Shown here in pieces: positions 1-14,547 of a stretch of DNA of 64,000 nt. The stretch's first letter is position 1. Every line of letters starts with the position of its first letter. Position numbers and translations under genes: made by a program. The notes beneath the pieces were generated by a model that made no database searches, was not told the origin of the DNA, and saw only the letters and a program-made list of their open reading frames with translations. The DNA comes from Octopus vulgaris (taxonomy: Eukaryota): the NCBI GenBank assembly GCA_951406725.2, contig OX597823.1, positions 39,432,001 through 39,496,000 of the forward strand. Direction: 5' to 3'.

Positions 1-278
1 GTATGTGAGTGTGTGTATATGTATATGTGCATATGAGTGTGTGTGTGGCCTCTGTATGGATGTGGGTGTGGCTATGCATGGGTATGTGTATTAGTGTGTT
101 TGGAGGTGTGTGTGTATGAGTATCGGTGAGTGCGTATGAAGGTGTACGTATGAGTGAGTGTGTGTGGGGTGGGGTGGAAAGTAAATTAAAATACAAGTTA
201 AAAAGTTAAAACACAAGAAAACAAAAGAATCTGAAAACTAAAAAAATAATAATAAAAAATAATAATTAATAAATATTA

Positions 279-676
279 AGGCGCAGGAGTGGCTGTGTGG
301 TAAGTAGCTTGCTTACGAACCACATGGTTCCGGGTTCAGTCCCACTACGTGGCATCTTGGGCAAGTGTCTTCTACTATAGCCTCGGGCCGACCAAAGCCT
401 TGTGAGTGGATTTAGTAGGCAGAAACTGAAAGAAGCCCGTCGTATATATGTTTATATATGTTTGTGTGTCTGTGTTTGTTCCCCTAGCATTGCTTGACAA
501 CCGATGCTGGTGTGTTTATGTCTCCGTCACTTAGCGGTTCGGCAAAAGAGACCAATAGAATAAGTACTAGGCTTACAAAGAATAAATCCTGGGGTCGATA
601 TGCTCGACTAAAGGCGGTGCTCCAGGATGGCCGCAGTCAAATGACTGAAACAAGTAAAAGAGTAAAAAAGAGAGTA
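279..676 (+). mobile_element. tRNA-derived SINE, family A, full length, inserted in the 3' UTR of the PLE relic
   Basis: Head GGCGCAGGAGTGGCTGTGTGGTAAG...GGTTCAGTCCC with A/B-box-like motifs, internal TA/TG run, GTAAAAGA tail; many near-identical copies in the window. Confidence 0.9.
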
Positions 677-779
677 AGAATTACAAAAAAACAACAAATG
701 AAATAAAGATTATATAAATAAATCAGTAACAGAAAATAAATAAGAAATATAATAAAATAAAGAATGAAATAAAATAAAA

Positions 780-1640
780 TATTTTTTAAAAGGTGTGTGG
801 GAAAAGTTACTGAAAGGAGGGGGTTGTGTTGAGTCCAAAAGGAGTTCGAGTACGTAGAGTGAAAATGTAGTGATGTTCCAGGCGGAGTCTAGAGTTGGTG
901 GGTCCATGGTGTAGGGTAAAGCCGAAACGGTGAACTCTGAGGCAGAGTGGCCGGCCAAGCGAAAATGATGTTCTTACGTAGACGAGCGTCTCGTAGGTAT
1001 TCAGTGAACCAGTCGGCTAACTGTCGGCTAACTGTCGGTCCGTCTGACCAACATAAAGTCTAATGCAAAGATTGTACCTGATGCAATAAATAAGGTTTGA
1101 AGAAGTGTAGGAGGAGTTCCTGATGTAGAAGGTGAGCTGGTTGGATCCAGTGAAGGGGTAGGGTGGAAAGGTGGAAAAGGAGGGGAAAGGGGGTGCAATT
1201 GGGAAGGGGAGAGGGCGATGGTGCGATCGATTTGACGAGCGCGGGTAAGAGCAGTTTGGACAAGAGTGGATGAGTATCCGCGAACCATAAACAAGAACGT
1301 TAGGTATTGGGACTAGGTCTCGAAATTCTGGTCCCGCTGCACAGGCGTCGGAAGCGCAGGAACTGGGAGTAGGGGATGGCCTGTTTGGTGTGGGAGGGTT
1401 GGGATGAAGTATAACTTTGGGGTCGGTCCGGAGAACTGTGAGAAAATTTGCACCTCAGCGGAAACGACAAATACATTGGCAAAATTGGGGCCCATTCTCG
1501 TTCCCAAAGCGACGCCAGAGATTGCTGGTAAATCTCTCCCGCGAACGTAAGGCAGTTGAGGATGGTGACGAGTTGTTCTGCTAGGCGGAGAAGGGTGGAG
1601 GTGCTGGATATGGGGTCAGAGCGACGGTCGAGGGAGTACA
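780..1640 (-). mobile_element. Degenerate Penelope-like retroelement (RT and GIY-YIG fragments)
   Basis: Minus-strand fragments MGTRMGPNFANVFV, HTKQAIPYSQFLRFRRLCS, RGYSSTLVQTAL and SNLIYCIRYNLCIRLYVGQTDRQ (GIY-YIG); frameshifts and internal deletions. Confidence 0.85.
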
Positions 1641-1654
1641 TAAGTATATATATG

Positions 1655-1712
<58 letters not shown>

Positions 1713-1818
1713 GACACATATGTATATGCATACACATATATACATATATCTATGTACGTATGAATGTGTGTGTAGACATATACATACATATACATGCATA
1801 TATATACACATATATATA

Positions 1819-2445
<627 letters not shown>

Positions 2446-3378
2446 GTGCTTGCGTATGTATGTAATTGTGTGTTGTTTGGCAACATGTTATCGTCGATTG
2501 AAGAGATTTTCGATCAAGTGCTTTCCAAGCATGAATCAAAATCTCGACTACATTATCCAGTGTGTCCCTCTATGTTAAAGACTGTGGGGGATGATCTAAG
2601 AAAGATTTGCTTGCTATCTCTAGCAGGCAACTGTCTTCCACCCCTTGTGTGGTCGTGTCTGTATGTGGTAACCGGCACAAGAAGCTAGAAAATCGTGCAA
2701 ATTTCTGTGTAGTAAACCTACTTAATGCACATGAATGGCTCGAACTGTTAAAACTATTTGACTCTTTACATGAAATAAATAGATAAATACATAAATAAAT
2801 AAAACTCTTTTTTCTCACATCTCCTAATATCTTCACAAAATGCATAAAAGCCTCTACGCTCTGTTTCTTCCTCTTCCCTTAGAAATCGATGATGGTACGT
2901 ACCACTTGTTATATTAGATCAGTGAAGCAGAACAAATTCAAGCATTTCAACTTCGTATCAAATTATCACTCATGTGTGAATTCTGGTATTTCTCTCAATA
3001 GCATCGTCTTCTCTGATCCAGTCGGAATTGTGTCAAACAGCCGGACGAAGAGTTAGTTTTCATTTTATATCATGCATTGTCAACTTATATAAGTAGCATG
3101 ATTTTGGAGGACAGCTGCTGAGTATGGCATCTATTCCATTTCCCCTGACTTAGCTGTTAAAATTGAACGTTGGGTTAAAGGGTTTGTGGATAATTATTTC
3201 CGGTTGTCGAAGTTTCAGGTTCAATTCCACTGTGCGGCCCTTTGGTCAAATCACTCCTACTATAAGCCCCGGATCGACCAAGGCCTTGCAAGGGAATTTG
3301 GTGGACGGAAACTGAAAGCTCTTCGCATGTGTGAATACATGCATACATACAAACATAGAAACATATATACATATATGT

Positions 3379-3447
<69 letters not shown>

Positions 3448-3511
3448 CAACTACACACGCGCTTTTCTCGAACTATTCTTTTCCTTCTCTCCAGAGGTTT
3501 TCCTTTTTCCA

Positions 3512-3547
3512 GTTTCTGATGAAGAACCATGCTCGAAACGTCATACA
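3512..3547 (+). ncRNA. Minimal type I hammerhead-like motif of PLE-end type, degenerate
   Basis: CTGATGA-A-GAAC-cat-GCTC-GAAAC-GTC; one stem II mismatch, weak stem I. Confidence 0.45.
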
Positions 3548-3574
3548 CCACCTGCCTCATTTTCCATCTTAAAT

Positions 3575-4596
3575 TGAGGGTCAACCATATAGATTAACTG
3601 TGTAGGTCCTATTAACTTTTGTTGTTTTGTTTGAGTACCTTATCAACGCAGTTGTCAGTTCTTCTGGTAGAAATTCGTACTTTTTACCAAAATATAGAAA
3701 CTTCTTGAATCACTAATGCTGCACTTTCCTTCGTTGTAAGATTTACTACTCTTACATTGTAGAAAAAAATGCTTAAATCATGCCGATTCAAGGATAGTTT
3801 GGCTCCCTCGATTTGACTGGAAATGGAGCAAACAAGAATCACATGAAAATCTTTTCTTAACTTGTGTGATGAACTACCTGAAGAAGATGATGCCATTTTA
3901 CAGGTCTAGGAAGAACCTGTCACAGAAGCCACTTCGCACATCAAAGGCATCATATTTGGTCACAAAATAAGTATACAAAATACATAACATATAAACGAAG
4001 AGGTTATAAACATGGTGTTACAACTTTGACAGGGCTACTAACATAACACGAGAAGATGTATATCATAATGTCCCACAACAAAATGAATGAGTGCTTACAA
4101 GTTATTACAAATGAATTAACTTATATTTACAAACGCAGACAGGTCATATTAGTTCCTGTTTATCATTAACGTTTATTTCTTAATACTTTATTTCTCTACA
4201 CTACCATTAAGTGCAGAACAATTCTTTCAACGGACGAATGCAGCTCACAACCTCACTCGTTCATGGCCGCCATCTGCATGACGGCGAAAAATAGATTTTT
4301 GCCCTATAACTGTGCTCTGTCCCCAACTTTGCATGTTGCCTTCCCCATTATATTTATTGCCACTTATCATTCAAATACCATGAATAAGTCTGAACAAGTT
4401 TTTAATTTAATAATTTGTATCTGAAAAAATGGCTTTCCGGGCGAAAACTTAAAAAATTCACGGTCGATGAGGGTCGCATTGCAGTTGTCCGCTTGAGCTA
4501 AAATTATGCATAGATTGATTTTTTTTTTTGGCTAATTGAATCAAGATAGGAGGTGGGAGCTACACTTTTAGAAAATTGAAAAAAGAGCCACCCTAA
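3575..4596 (-). mobile_element. Internally deleted DNA transposon relic, hAT/hATm-like
   Basis: ORF 3684-3896 (AKLSLNRHDLSIFFYNVRVVNLTTKESAALVIQEVSIFW*KVRISTR) resembles the N-terminus of an invertebrate hAT-type transposase from memory; TAGGGTG terminus on the minus strand near 4595. Confidence 0.45.
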
Positions 4597-4628
4597 TACA
4601 TACATACATACATACATACATACATACA

Positions 4629-4661
<33 letters not shown>

Positions 4662-4762
4662 TCACACATACGGTGGGCTTCTTTCAATTGTCATCTACCA
4701 AATCTACTCACAGGGCTTTGGTAGGCTCTGCAATATAAGTAGAAGACACTTGCCCAAAGTAC

Positions 4763-4833
<71 letters not shown>

Positions 4834-5079
4834 CGTGCGTGTGCGTGCGTGTGTGTGTGTGTTCATATAATAAAGAGACACAAAAAAACTATTGTCTCAG
4901 GCAAAACATGGCCATGAAATTCAGTGACTAGCTTCATGTTAAACAATAGCCTAAGTTTTTGATCTTGGATAGCGAAATGAAAACGGTTGTAGATTTCCAT
5001 ATACAAAGAATCATCATATAGCTGTCTATGAGAAAAAGTACGAATTGCAGTCTGACTACCTTCAACGTCTATTCTTGAG

Positions 5080-5780
5080 ATCTGTTAAAAGGAGAAGCAT
5101 AGGTGTATGGGAATTATGAAATTCCTGATCGGAAATTGCTTATGAATCGGGCGGTAATACAAAAGGTAGAAACTTTTGGTTAGTGAAACGTTTACTAAAC
5201 AAATATGCTTATATAAGTATTATTACTGAATTGTAAGAAAACAATCTTTTCAAAACTTGAAGCCTTCACGCTTAAGGTAACACACAATAGAGAAAACTCA
5301 CACTACTGTGAAATATGGGAAAATATTTTGTCTAAAATAATATTTTAGAAAAACAAAATAATACTCATTGGAGGAAATCCGATCAATTGAAGATATGTAA
5401 GAAAAATATTGACAAAGATTTCAAAAACCTGTTACCCTTAAGATAGACGAAAAACCATATCATTTGAAATATCTGGGAAACATCGTGTCTCTAAAAATAA
5501 TTTAGTAGTACACAGAAAAGAATAAACGCGGGAGAAATATGTCATTATTTTGAATTCGAATCTTGTTAACCACATCCGTTGCCATGCTGGAAAAAAAAAA
5601 CCCTTTTCATTGTGAAATATACGGGAAATTCTCCATTAGTGATGGCCTCTAAAGTACATATTGAAGAAAAGCAGTGCTACAGGGAAATATGTAGGAAATA
5701 AATTTTTTCTTGATAATAGTATTCTAAACATAGCTGAACGAATACAGATTTGAGTAAAACCTAAAATATATTGGGAATAT
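5080..5780 (+). pseudogene. Decayed tandem C2H2 zinc-finger array
   Basis: Repeated linker/finger remnants EKTHYCEIW, DEKPYH(fs)EISGK, NNLVVHRK, NSNLVNHIRCHAGKKKPF(fs)HCEIYGKF, EEKQCYREICRK, with many stops and frameshifts. Confidence 0.7.
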
Positions 5781-6160
5781 TTTGTCAGTGATAGTGACTG
5801 AGCAACTGCCTTGAAGAAGGGGAGATAAGTGGAAGAAGCAATGGTTAGAAATATATTCCGCGGCAGAATTAAACGACTGTCTAAGAAAAAGATATATAAT
5901 TGTTAGAAGTGAATGGGTAGAAATATGGCAAGTTTACGATTGAAATTTTAATATTTGAGAAGTAAATTTAAATATTTAAGTGTTTAATTCCAATAATGGG
6001 AAACAGAGACATGGAGTCTGAGGTGGTGAATAATAATACTTGTTACCAATGATGATGATGATAATGATACTTTCATAGCTTTGCGGATGTTTGTTTTGTT
6101 ACTTTTTGTCAACACCGAATACATAGAAATAAGAATGTGAATAATTCTACGCACACTGAT

Positions 6161-6194
<34 letters not shown>

Positions 6195-6321
6195 TCATAC
6201 ATATATATATGCGAGTACACACACATATTCATACATACATATATGCAAGTACATACTCTTACATATACAACCACGCATGCATAATACAAATTACAGACTA
6301 GATTATACATTTGACGTATAC

Positions 6322-6389
<68 letters not shown>

Positions 6390-6679
6390 CATACATATAT
6401 AGATATATACATTTAGCGTATTCAGTAAACTTTATAACATCATTATTTATTAAATACTTTCTTAATTTGCACCGAATTATTTCCTGTTTTTGAATTTTTG
6501 TTATTTCAAGAGTAATTATATGATGAAATTTGTTTGTGCCACGTCTGTATGCGTGTGTGTATGTGTGTGTGCGTGCACTCGCGCACGCATCTGTGTATAC
6601 ATAAATACATACATACATATACAAACATACATACATACATACATACATATACACATACATACATACATACATACATACA

Positions 6680-6713
<34 letters not shown>

Positions 6714-6903
6714 CATACGTACATACATTTTCCTCATGTTTAAAATGCGACATTGTTTTTATAATCAAAATTCAATGATGGAGCTTTGTATCTTTGTTAG
6801 AAACCTGGTCCTTCTTCAGGAAAAGAATTCAAAAAATTAGAAACAGAAGGGAACATACAAACACACACGCACACGCATACACACACACACACACACACAG
6901 ACG

Positions 6904-6948
<45 letters not shown>

Positions 6949-7621
6949 GTGTATATATACTCAAATACACTCATTAACTGTTTGTTCCTGCGTATTGACA
7001 ATCCCATAAACCAAACTTTATTGAAACATTGCTTCAATTTTTTTTTTTTTAGATAATGATAAACAGCTCCAAGGCATACAGACACTTGGAATGGTCTGTC
7101 CGACGTCCATGCACTTATGAAGGGACTTTCATAAGAAATTCACCGGCACAAATGGAGACCGCCCCAACCCCCACTAAAAAATACAGCACACGAAAAGAAG
7201 GGAAAAAAAACCTTGGTATAAACAGGAAATTGAAACCGGTTCCAGGTTCTTTGAAAGTCTACCTCTGATCTGCCGTGAGGGCCACCCCCAGAAAGCAAAC
7301 TATATGTTATAAAACATGTCGGCACCATCCGTTTAAAAAATGTAGGATTTGAAGAAATTTCAGTGCATGTTAAGTCTGTCTCCAGAGGTAAGAGACATGT
7401 AAATTCCATTAACACTGCCAAAACTACATCCAAGAATCTTGAATTAGCGTCTCGGAATTTCAGAAGAATTAATCTCATGAGTAAGGGTTTGCCACACCTT
7501 TGGACTGCCATAAACCTGGTCATTCGCACATTCGCACTCATTGCCCCCCACCTTTATTAATGTTTCAATCACTAGGTGTCGCTGACTTTATCTCAGTTCA
7601 TGTGTATCTTTCTTTCTTTTC

Positions 7622-7661
<40 letters not shown>

Positions 7662-7839
7662 ATCCATTTTTGTTCGTTTAATATATGATAAGCCCAGCTT
7701 TATTTTCTTACCTTTCTCTCTCTTTCATACTTTTCTTCACTCTTCTTTCTTTCCTTTATTATTTCTTTCATTGACTTATTTTTCATTGACTTATTTTTCT
7801 TTTCGTAATCTTCCTTCGTTTATTACTTTGTTATATAGT

Positions 7840-8180
7840 GAAGGCGCATGGCTCAGTGGTTAGAGCGTCGAGCTTACGATCGTGAGGTTGTGAGCTCGAA
7901 TCCCGGACCGGGCTGCGTGTTGCGTTCTTGAGCAAAACACTTTATTTCACGTTGCTCCAGTTCACTCAGCTGTAGAAATGAGTTGCGACGTCACTGGTTC
8001 CAAGCTGTATCGACCTTTGTCTTTCCCTTGGGTAACACTGGTGGCGTGGAGAGGGAGGCCGGTATGCATGGGCGACTGCTGGTCTTCCATAAACAACCTT
8101 GCCCGGACTTGTGTCTAGGAGGGTAACTTTCTAGGTGCAATCCCATGGTCATTCATGACCGAAGGGGGTCTTTACCCTTT
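7840..8180 (+). mobile_element. tRNA-derived SINE, family B
   Basis: Head GGCGCATGGCTCAGTGGTTAGAGCG...TCGAATCCC, central CTTGAGCAA..CACTTTATTTCACGTTGCTCCAG domain; second copy at 11388-11717. Confidence 0.85.
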
Positions 8181-8247
8181 ATATCCTTTGCATTCTTTCT
8201 CTATTACTTAACCTTTGCCATCGTTCTAACATACATTTAATAAATTT

Positions 8248-8279
<32 letters not shown>

Positions 8280-8409
8280 TCATTCTCTTTCTTCCTTTCT
8301 CGTTCTCTACTCCTCTCTTTTTTCATTCTCAACTCAACCTTACTCCCTCTCCCTCTGATGTTTCTCTTCCTCAATTTCGCTCTTTTCCCTTTATACATAC
8401 ATACATACA

Positions 8410-8503
<94 letters not shown>

Positions 8504-8794
8504 AGCTGGCACAATCATTGGAGCATCAGGAAAATTTCCCCGAGGCCAACTCTACTTTTATCTCTCCGACGATCGATAAAATAAAGTACCGAATGAAGTA
8601 CTGGCTTCAATGATATTGACTAACGTTCTCTCAAAATTGTTGTCTTTCAACTTAAATCAGAAACAAAAACAACCAAAATAACAATACTAAACAGAGTCCG
8701 TAAAATAGGTACTAGTCGAGCAATGGGGTCCATGAAAACCTCTCCCCACAAATTTCAGGCCTAGTACCTATAGTTGAAAGAATTATAATTATGA

Positions 8795-9025
8795 CTAAGA
8801 TGGCGAGCTGGTAGAATCATTAGCGCATCGAACAAAATGCTCACTAGTATTTCTTCTTGTTTTTACGTGCTGAGCTCAAATCATGCCGAAGTTCTCTTTG
8901 CCTTTTGTCCTTTCAGGGTTGATGAAAGAATAAAGTACCAGTCATGTACTGAGGTCGACGTACTCAACTAAAAATCTCCCCTCCCCATCTCGTAAAATTG
9001 CTGACCTGTGCCGAAATTTGAAACC
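8795..9025 (+). mobile_element. Degenerate SINE family C
   Basis: GGCGAGCTGGTAGAATC...TTTGCCTTT...AAGTACCAG, similar to the copies at 29862-30312 and 44515-44750. Confidence 0.65.
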
Positions 9026-9484
9026 TTTGTCATTTATTACGGTTCTTACAAATGATCTCTCGTAAATAATATAGGGAGAAAATGTTTATCGTGCAAAAAG
9101 ATTTAAGAAGTGAGCTTGACCCTTTTAGTACAAAGCTGATCAAAAGTTAAAAGAATATTAGAACGAATTGGAACTCGAAAGTTTTATTTTATATATATAT
9201 ATTATGTTAAAACACACACACATCCACGCATATTTTCTGCAGACACATATCCAGCGACAGGACTGGGCGAACTATTGCAATCTCTAGCGGACGGGTATCC
9301 ACCACCGAGGATGAGCACAAAGATCTTCTTCTAGCATAATGGATGTCCACTTACAGGTCATCCCCCTTACATGTATGTAATATAATTTTTCTGAAACTTC
9401 AGATTTTTAAATATGCTAGACCACTGGTTTTAAATTGATATTAATCAAATTATTATTCAGTTTTTCACTCTTATTATTTTAAAT

Positions 9485-9544
<60 letters not shown>

Positions 9545-9554
9545 CGATAAACGT

Positions 9555-9853
9555 CACCCTTTTTAAGCCTAGACAGGTTCATGGGCCTGGTTTCCCGGCT
9601 TCTGTGGCGTATGTCTTCCCCCCAGCTGGACGGGACGCCAGTCCATCGCAGCGTTACCCAAGAAACAGGAAGTGAGAGTGAGAGAAAGTTGTGGCGAATG
9701 AGTACAACAGGGGTCGCCACCCCCTGCCGGAGCCTTGTGGAACTTCTTAGTGTTTTCGCTCAATAAACACCCACAACGCCCGGTCTGGGATTCGAAACCG
9801 CGATCCTCCGACCGCGAGTCCACTGCCCTAACCACTGGGCCATTGCGCCTCCA
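9555..9853 (-). mobile_element. SINE with tRNA(Arg)-like head D and tail 1
   Basis: Minus-strand head TGGAGGCGCAATGGCCCAGTGGTTAGGGCAG..GACTCGCGG..TTCGAATCCC. Confidence 0.85.
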
Positions 9854-9862
9854 CACACACAC

Positions 9863-9894
<32 letters not shown>

Positions 9895-9906
9895 CTATTA
9901 TATGAA

Positions 9907-10207
9907 TATCACCGTGACCGACCAGGTTATCAGATGTTGTTACACATCGCTGGTCACAATGTGCTTCGCATTGTTTTAGCCTTCAAGTGACGCCATCCCG
10001 CTGGCTAAGCGAGCAGGCCAACAGAAGAAAGAGTGAGAGACATTGGCGAAAGAGTACAACAGGGGTCGCCACCACCCCCTGCCGGAGCCTCGTGGAGCTT
10101 TAGGTGTTTTCGCTCAATAAACACTCACAACGCCCGGTCTGGAAATCGAAACCGCGATCCTACGACCGCGAGTCCGCTGCCCTAAACACTAAGCCATTGC
10201 GCCTCCA
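9907..10207 (-). mobile_element. SINE head D with tail 2
   Basis: Same head and body as 9555-9853 but a different 3' part, which is shared with 14223-14524. Confidence 0.85.
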
Positions 10208-10217
10208 CTTATATGAA

Positions 10218-10336
<119 letters not shown>

Positions 10337-10738
10337 GTATAGACGTGTGTATCTTTTGTATGTCATGGCGCCCAATCATGTTATTACTTAGAGCCGTTAA
10401 TTATTTGGATCAGTGAATTAAAATATGCTCGGCCTTATCCGGTTTGTAACCTTTTCCAGGTGGTAGGTCTAGTACATCGGAAATAAACACAACTAGGTAT
10501 CATTGAAAAATCTCAAGGGAAACCTGGGTTAGGTTTTAGAAGTTAGATACATAAATACGAGTCAGTAAACGGTAAATTGTTGAAGTAGAGATTCTTATTG
10601 CGAAATTTTGGGGTAGGTCCGTATTTTCCTTTACATCCATACATTACATCTATGAAAACATATATGCTACATATATGCTTACATGTATAGTACTTAGATA
10701 CACGCACATACATATAACATACATATGATCACATACAT

Positions 10739-10771
<33 letters not shown>

Positions 10772-10786
10772 GACATACACACACAC

Positions 10787-10838
<52 letters not shown>

Positions 10839-11387
10839 ATATATATATATTTCTTTTCTTTTTATTCTTTTACCTGTTTCTGACATTTGACTGCGGCCAT
10901 GTTGGAGCACCGTTTAAAAGGTATTTTAGTTGAAGAAATCAACCTCAGGACTTATTCTTTGTAAACCCAGTACTCTTTTGCCAGTGGTCTCTTTTGCCGA
11001 ACCGCTAATTATACATGATGACTTTGACATGAAAAATTTTAAGACGATTTAAAATTAGGTGAATAAAACTAAAAGCATTATATAAACTAGAAAATTTATA
11101 CATGCATATTTATATATATGGAAATATACTTTTACTGCCGTGGCTAATACCAGAAAATATAGCGCTCATTCAGTAATTATAATTTCATGGTGCTTATTAC
11201 AAAACGATGAAATGAATACAAATTTTAATAACAATTAAAATTAGATAAAACAAAATTTCTCGTGGCTGTGTGGTAAGAAGCGTGTCACCTTGGACAAGTG
11301 TCGTCTACTATGACATAGGGCCGACTAAAGCCTTGTGAGTGGATTTGGTAGATGGAAACTGAAAGAAACCCGTCGTATATATGCAAA

Positions 11388-11717
11388 AGGGTGAAGACCC
11401 CTTTCGGTCATGAATGACCATTGGATTGCACCTAGAAAGTTACCCTCCGAGGGACACGTTCAGGCAAAGTTGTTTATGGAACACCAGCAGTCACTCATAC
11501 ATACCAGCCCCGCCTCTCCACGCCACCGATATTCTCCAAGGGAAAGGCAAATCCTGTTACATCTTGGCACATGTGACATCGTAACTTATTTCTACAGCTG
11601 AGTGAAATGGAGCAACATGAAATAAAGTGTCTTGCACAAGAACACAGCAGAACTCAGACCAAGAATCGAACTCACTACTTCATGATTGTGAGCCCGACGC
11701 TCTAACCACCGAGCCAT
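11388..11717 (-). mobile_element. SINE family B nested in an older family A copy (about 11261-11385 and 11718-11870)
   Basis: Reverse complement of the 7840-8180 element, flanked by the 5' and 3' halves of family A. Confidence 0.8.
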
Positions 11718-11919
11718 AGCGGATCAGCAAAAAGACACTCATTGAATAAATACTATGTTTTATAAAGATAAGTACTGGAGTCAATACAGTCGACTAAAAA
11801 TTCTTCAAGGAGGTGCCCCAGAATGACCGCAGTCTAATGAGTGAAACAAGTAAAAAATAAAGATAAAAGATTTATATATTTGCAATGCATATGTTAATTT
11901 TCTAAATTCTATCAACATA

Positions 11920-12082
11920 AGGCGCAGGAGTGGCTGTGTGGTAAGTAGCTTGTTTACCAACCACATGGTTCCGGGTTCAGTTCCACTGCGTGGCACCTTG
12001 GGCAAGTGTTTTCAACTATAGCCTCGGACCGACCAAAGCCTTGTGAGTGGATTTGGTAGACGGAAACTGAAAGAAGCCCGTC

Positions 12083-12153
<71 letters not shown>

Positions 12154-12385
12154 TGTGTGAGTGTTTGTGGGTCTGTGTTTGTCCCCCTAGCATTGCTTGA
12201 CAACCGATGCTGGTGTGTTTATGTCCCCGTTACTTAGCGGTTCGGCAAAAGAGACTGATAGAATAAGTACTGGGCTTACAAGAGAATAAGTCCCGGGGTC
12301 GAGTTGCTCGATTAAAGGCGGTGCTCCAGCATGGCCGCAGTCAAATGACTGAAACAAGTAAAAGAGTAAAGAGAGAGAAAGAGTA
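11920..12385 (+). mobile_element. SINE family A, full length
   Basis: Near-identical to 279-676 with an expanded internal (TA)n. Confidence 0.9.
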
Positions 12386-12643
12386 TAATAGCAATTTGTT
12401 CCATTGAAAATCTATCGCTGCAAAATGTCATTAGAAAAATGTGAAATTTTTTCAGAAGATTGTCATTGCCTGCCACCAAGCCTCATATATACACTCATCC
12501 TTCTCTTACTGTTACCCTGTCTTCTCCTCTCTTTACACGAAGTAACATGTGACTGGACATATTAACCAACCAGCGAATGCACCAACCAACATTATCATAC
12601 AGAGAGAAAAAAGCCATGAAAAACAAGAAATATAAGGAATCTG

Positions 12644-12846
12644 TACGAGGGTGAACCGAAAAGTTCCTGGCATTAAGGGTGTTGTGAAAGGCCTGGCTGA
12701 GTTCTTTTACTGTGCTTAGAAAAAAACTGAAGGACCGTTGCAATAAGTGTGTGAATCTGACAGTGGAGATATGTTGAATAAAACCATAATTAACTGATCC
12801 TCCTGTATTTTCTTTTAGCCAAAGCCAGGAACTTTCCAGCTTCGTA
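12644..12846 (+). mobile_element. Mariner-derived MITE
   Basis: TA-flanked TIRs TACGAGGGTGAACCGAAAAGTTCCTGGC / GCCAGGAACTTTCCAGCTTCGTA; internal remnant of the transposase C-terminus (KKLKDRCNKCVNL). Confidence 0.75.
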
Positions 12847-13418
12847 TATTTTGTACCTGAACGTAAATACAGATGGAGAGAACAGGTGCAAAAGTGTAAC
12901 GTTTGTAACTTACAAGCTGTCGTTCAAAATCATGAATGAATTAATTGCTAAGATTTTGAATGTAATACGATATCAGGTATCATAAGCAGTAAGTAATCTG
13001 AGAGAGAAATAAGGAATATGTTACCATTTTCTGACTCATTGGTGTTAGAAGACTAATACTGAATTTCCCTTGAAAGAAAAAGCAGAATTCAAATTAATTT
13101 AAGTAGATTTAAATTAGAATTTTAAACATTTATTGAAGTTAAAAATAAATTTTCAGTTTTAAATAAGTTGGTTTTATTTTCTGAGCGAATACGGGTTTAC
13201 ACATAAACTCGTGAGTTCGTGCAGATCTCATACTAGTTCACTCGCACTCTTACACAAACACACATACTGCTCCCCCTAATAAACATTAACACACATACAC
13301 ACACATACATACCCACACACACACGCACGCATGCACATATGCATATTAAGTATGTATGTGAGTATGAATGTATATGCATATACATACATAGATACTGATA
13401 TATGCTTACATATATAAA

Positions 13419-13481
<63 letters not shown>

Positions 13482-13555
13482 AAATATTAGGGAATAAATC
13501 CAAACTTACAGGAAAAAATCAGATTTAGGATTAAATCCAATTTTATATAATCTAA

Positions 13556-13630
<75 letters not shown>

Positions 13631-13634
<4 letters not shown>

Positions 13635-14201
13635 GTTGTTTCCCGGAAAGTTCTTGCCGATTTTTAAAGGAAAGAAAACGGTCAATAAATACTTGCTATT
13701 ACATTTTTAATCAACCAAATATGAACCATTTTGTTGCATAATGCGTCTCCATCATTCCTTTAACTTGAAAATACTCACTTCCCAGAATTGAGGTGGTTTC
13801 ATGGCAAACAATTCATCAAGGTATCTTTTTACGTCATCCAAGGAATTGAAAGTTTTACCATTAAGACTATTCTGCAGAGACCTGAATAAGTAGAAATCCG
13901 AAGGAGCAATATCTGGTGAATATGGGGTGTGGGGTAACAAACACATCCCAGCCGAGTTGCAGCAATTTTTGGTTTGCAAAGCATCAAAGTGCCGAAAATG
14001 AACGTTCTTATCTTCCATTTTAAAGGGTTGCAGAATTAACACAGGTTATAGGAACATAAACCTTCTTCCACGAAAAGATAGCTTAAACTGTGCTCTAAAG
14101 GGAGGTGTTAGTCAAATCCTATTTTATGGACTCAACCATGTTCAAAAATAAGTCGAAAGGCAAGCGACTATAAATCGGCACGAACTTTCCGGACAACCCA
14201 A
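13631..14201 (-). mobile_element. Internally deleted mariner element
   Basis: About 30-bp TIRs TTGGGTTGT..CCGGAAAGTTC.TGCCGATTT within TA runs; ORF 13752-14042 fuses N-terminal MEDKNVHFRH to HTPYSPDIAPSDFYLFRSLQN. Confidence 0.9.
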
Positions 14202-14222
14202 TATATATATATATATATATTT

Positions 14223-14524
14223 ATCACCGTGACCGACCAGGCTATCAGATGTTGCTACACATCGCTGGTCTCAATACGCTTAGTATTGTTTTAGTTTCAA
14301 ATGACGCCACCTCACTGGCTAAGCGAGCAGGCCAACAAAAGAAAGAGTGAGAGAAAGTTGTGACGAAAGAGTACAGCAGGGATCGCCACCACCCCCTGTC
14401 GGAGCCTCATGGAGCTTTAGGTGCTTTCGCTCAATAAACACTCACAACTCCCGGTCTGGGAATGGAAACTGCGATCCTACAACCGCGAGTCCGCTGACCT
14501 AACCACTGGGCCATTGCGCCTCCA
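14223..14524 (-). mobile_element. SINE head D with tail 2
   Basis: Homologous to 9907-10207. Confidence 0.85.
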
Positions 14525-14547
14525 CACACACACACACACACACAAAC

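Noticed and set aside
279-360. tRNA-like sequences at SINE heads
   Set aside because: No complete cloverleaf; each continues into a SINE body, so they are not tRNA genes
7140-7560. Non-repetitive ORFs on both strands (133 aa and 65 aa)
   Set aside because: No recognisable motif or splice context
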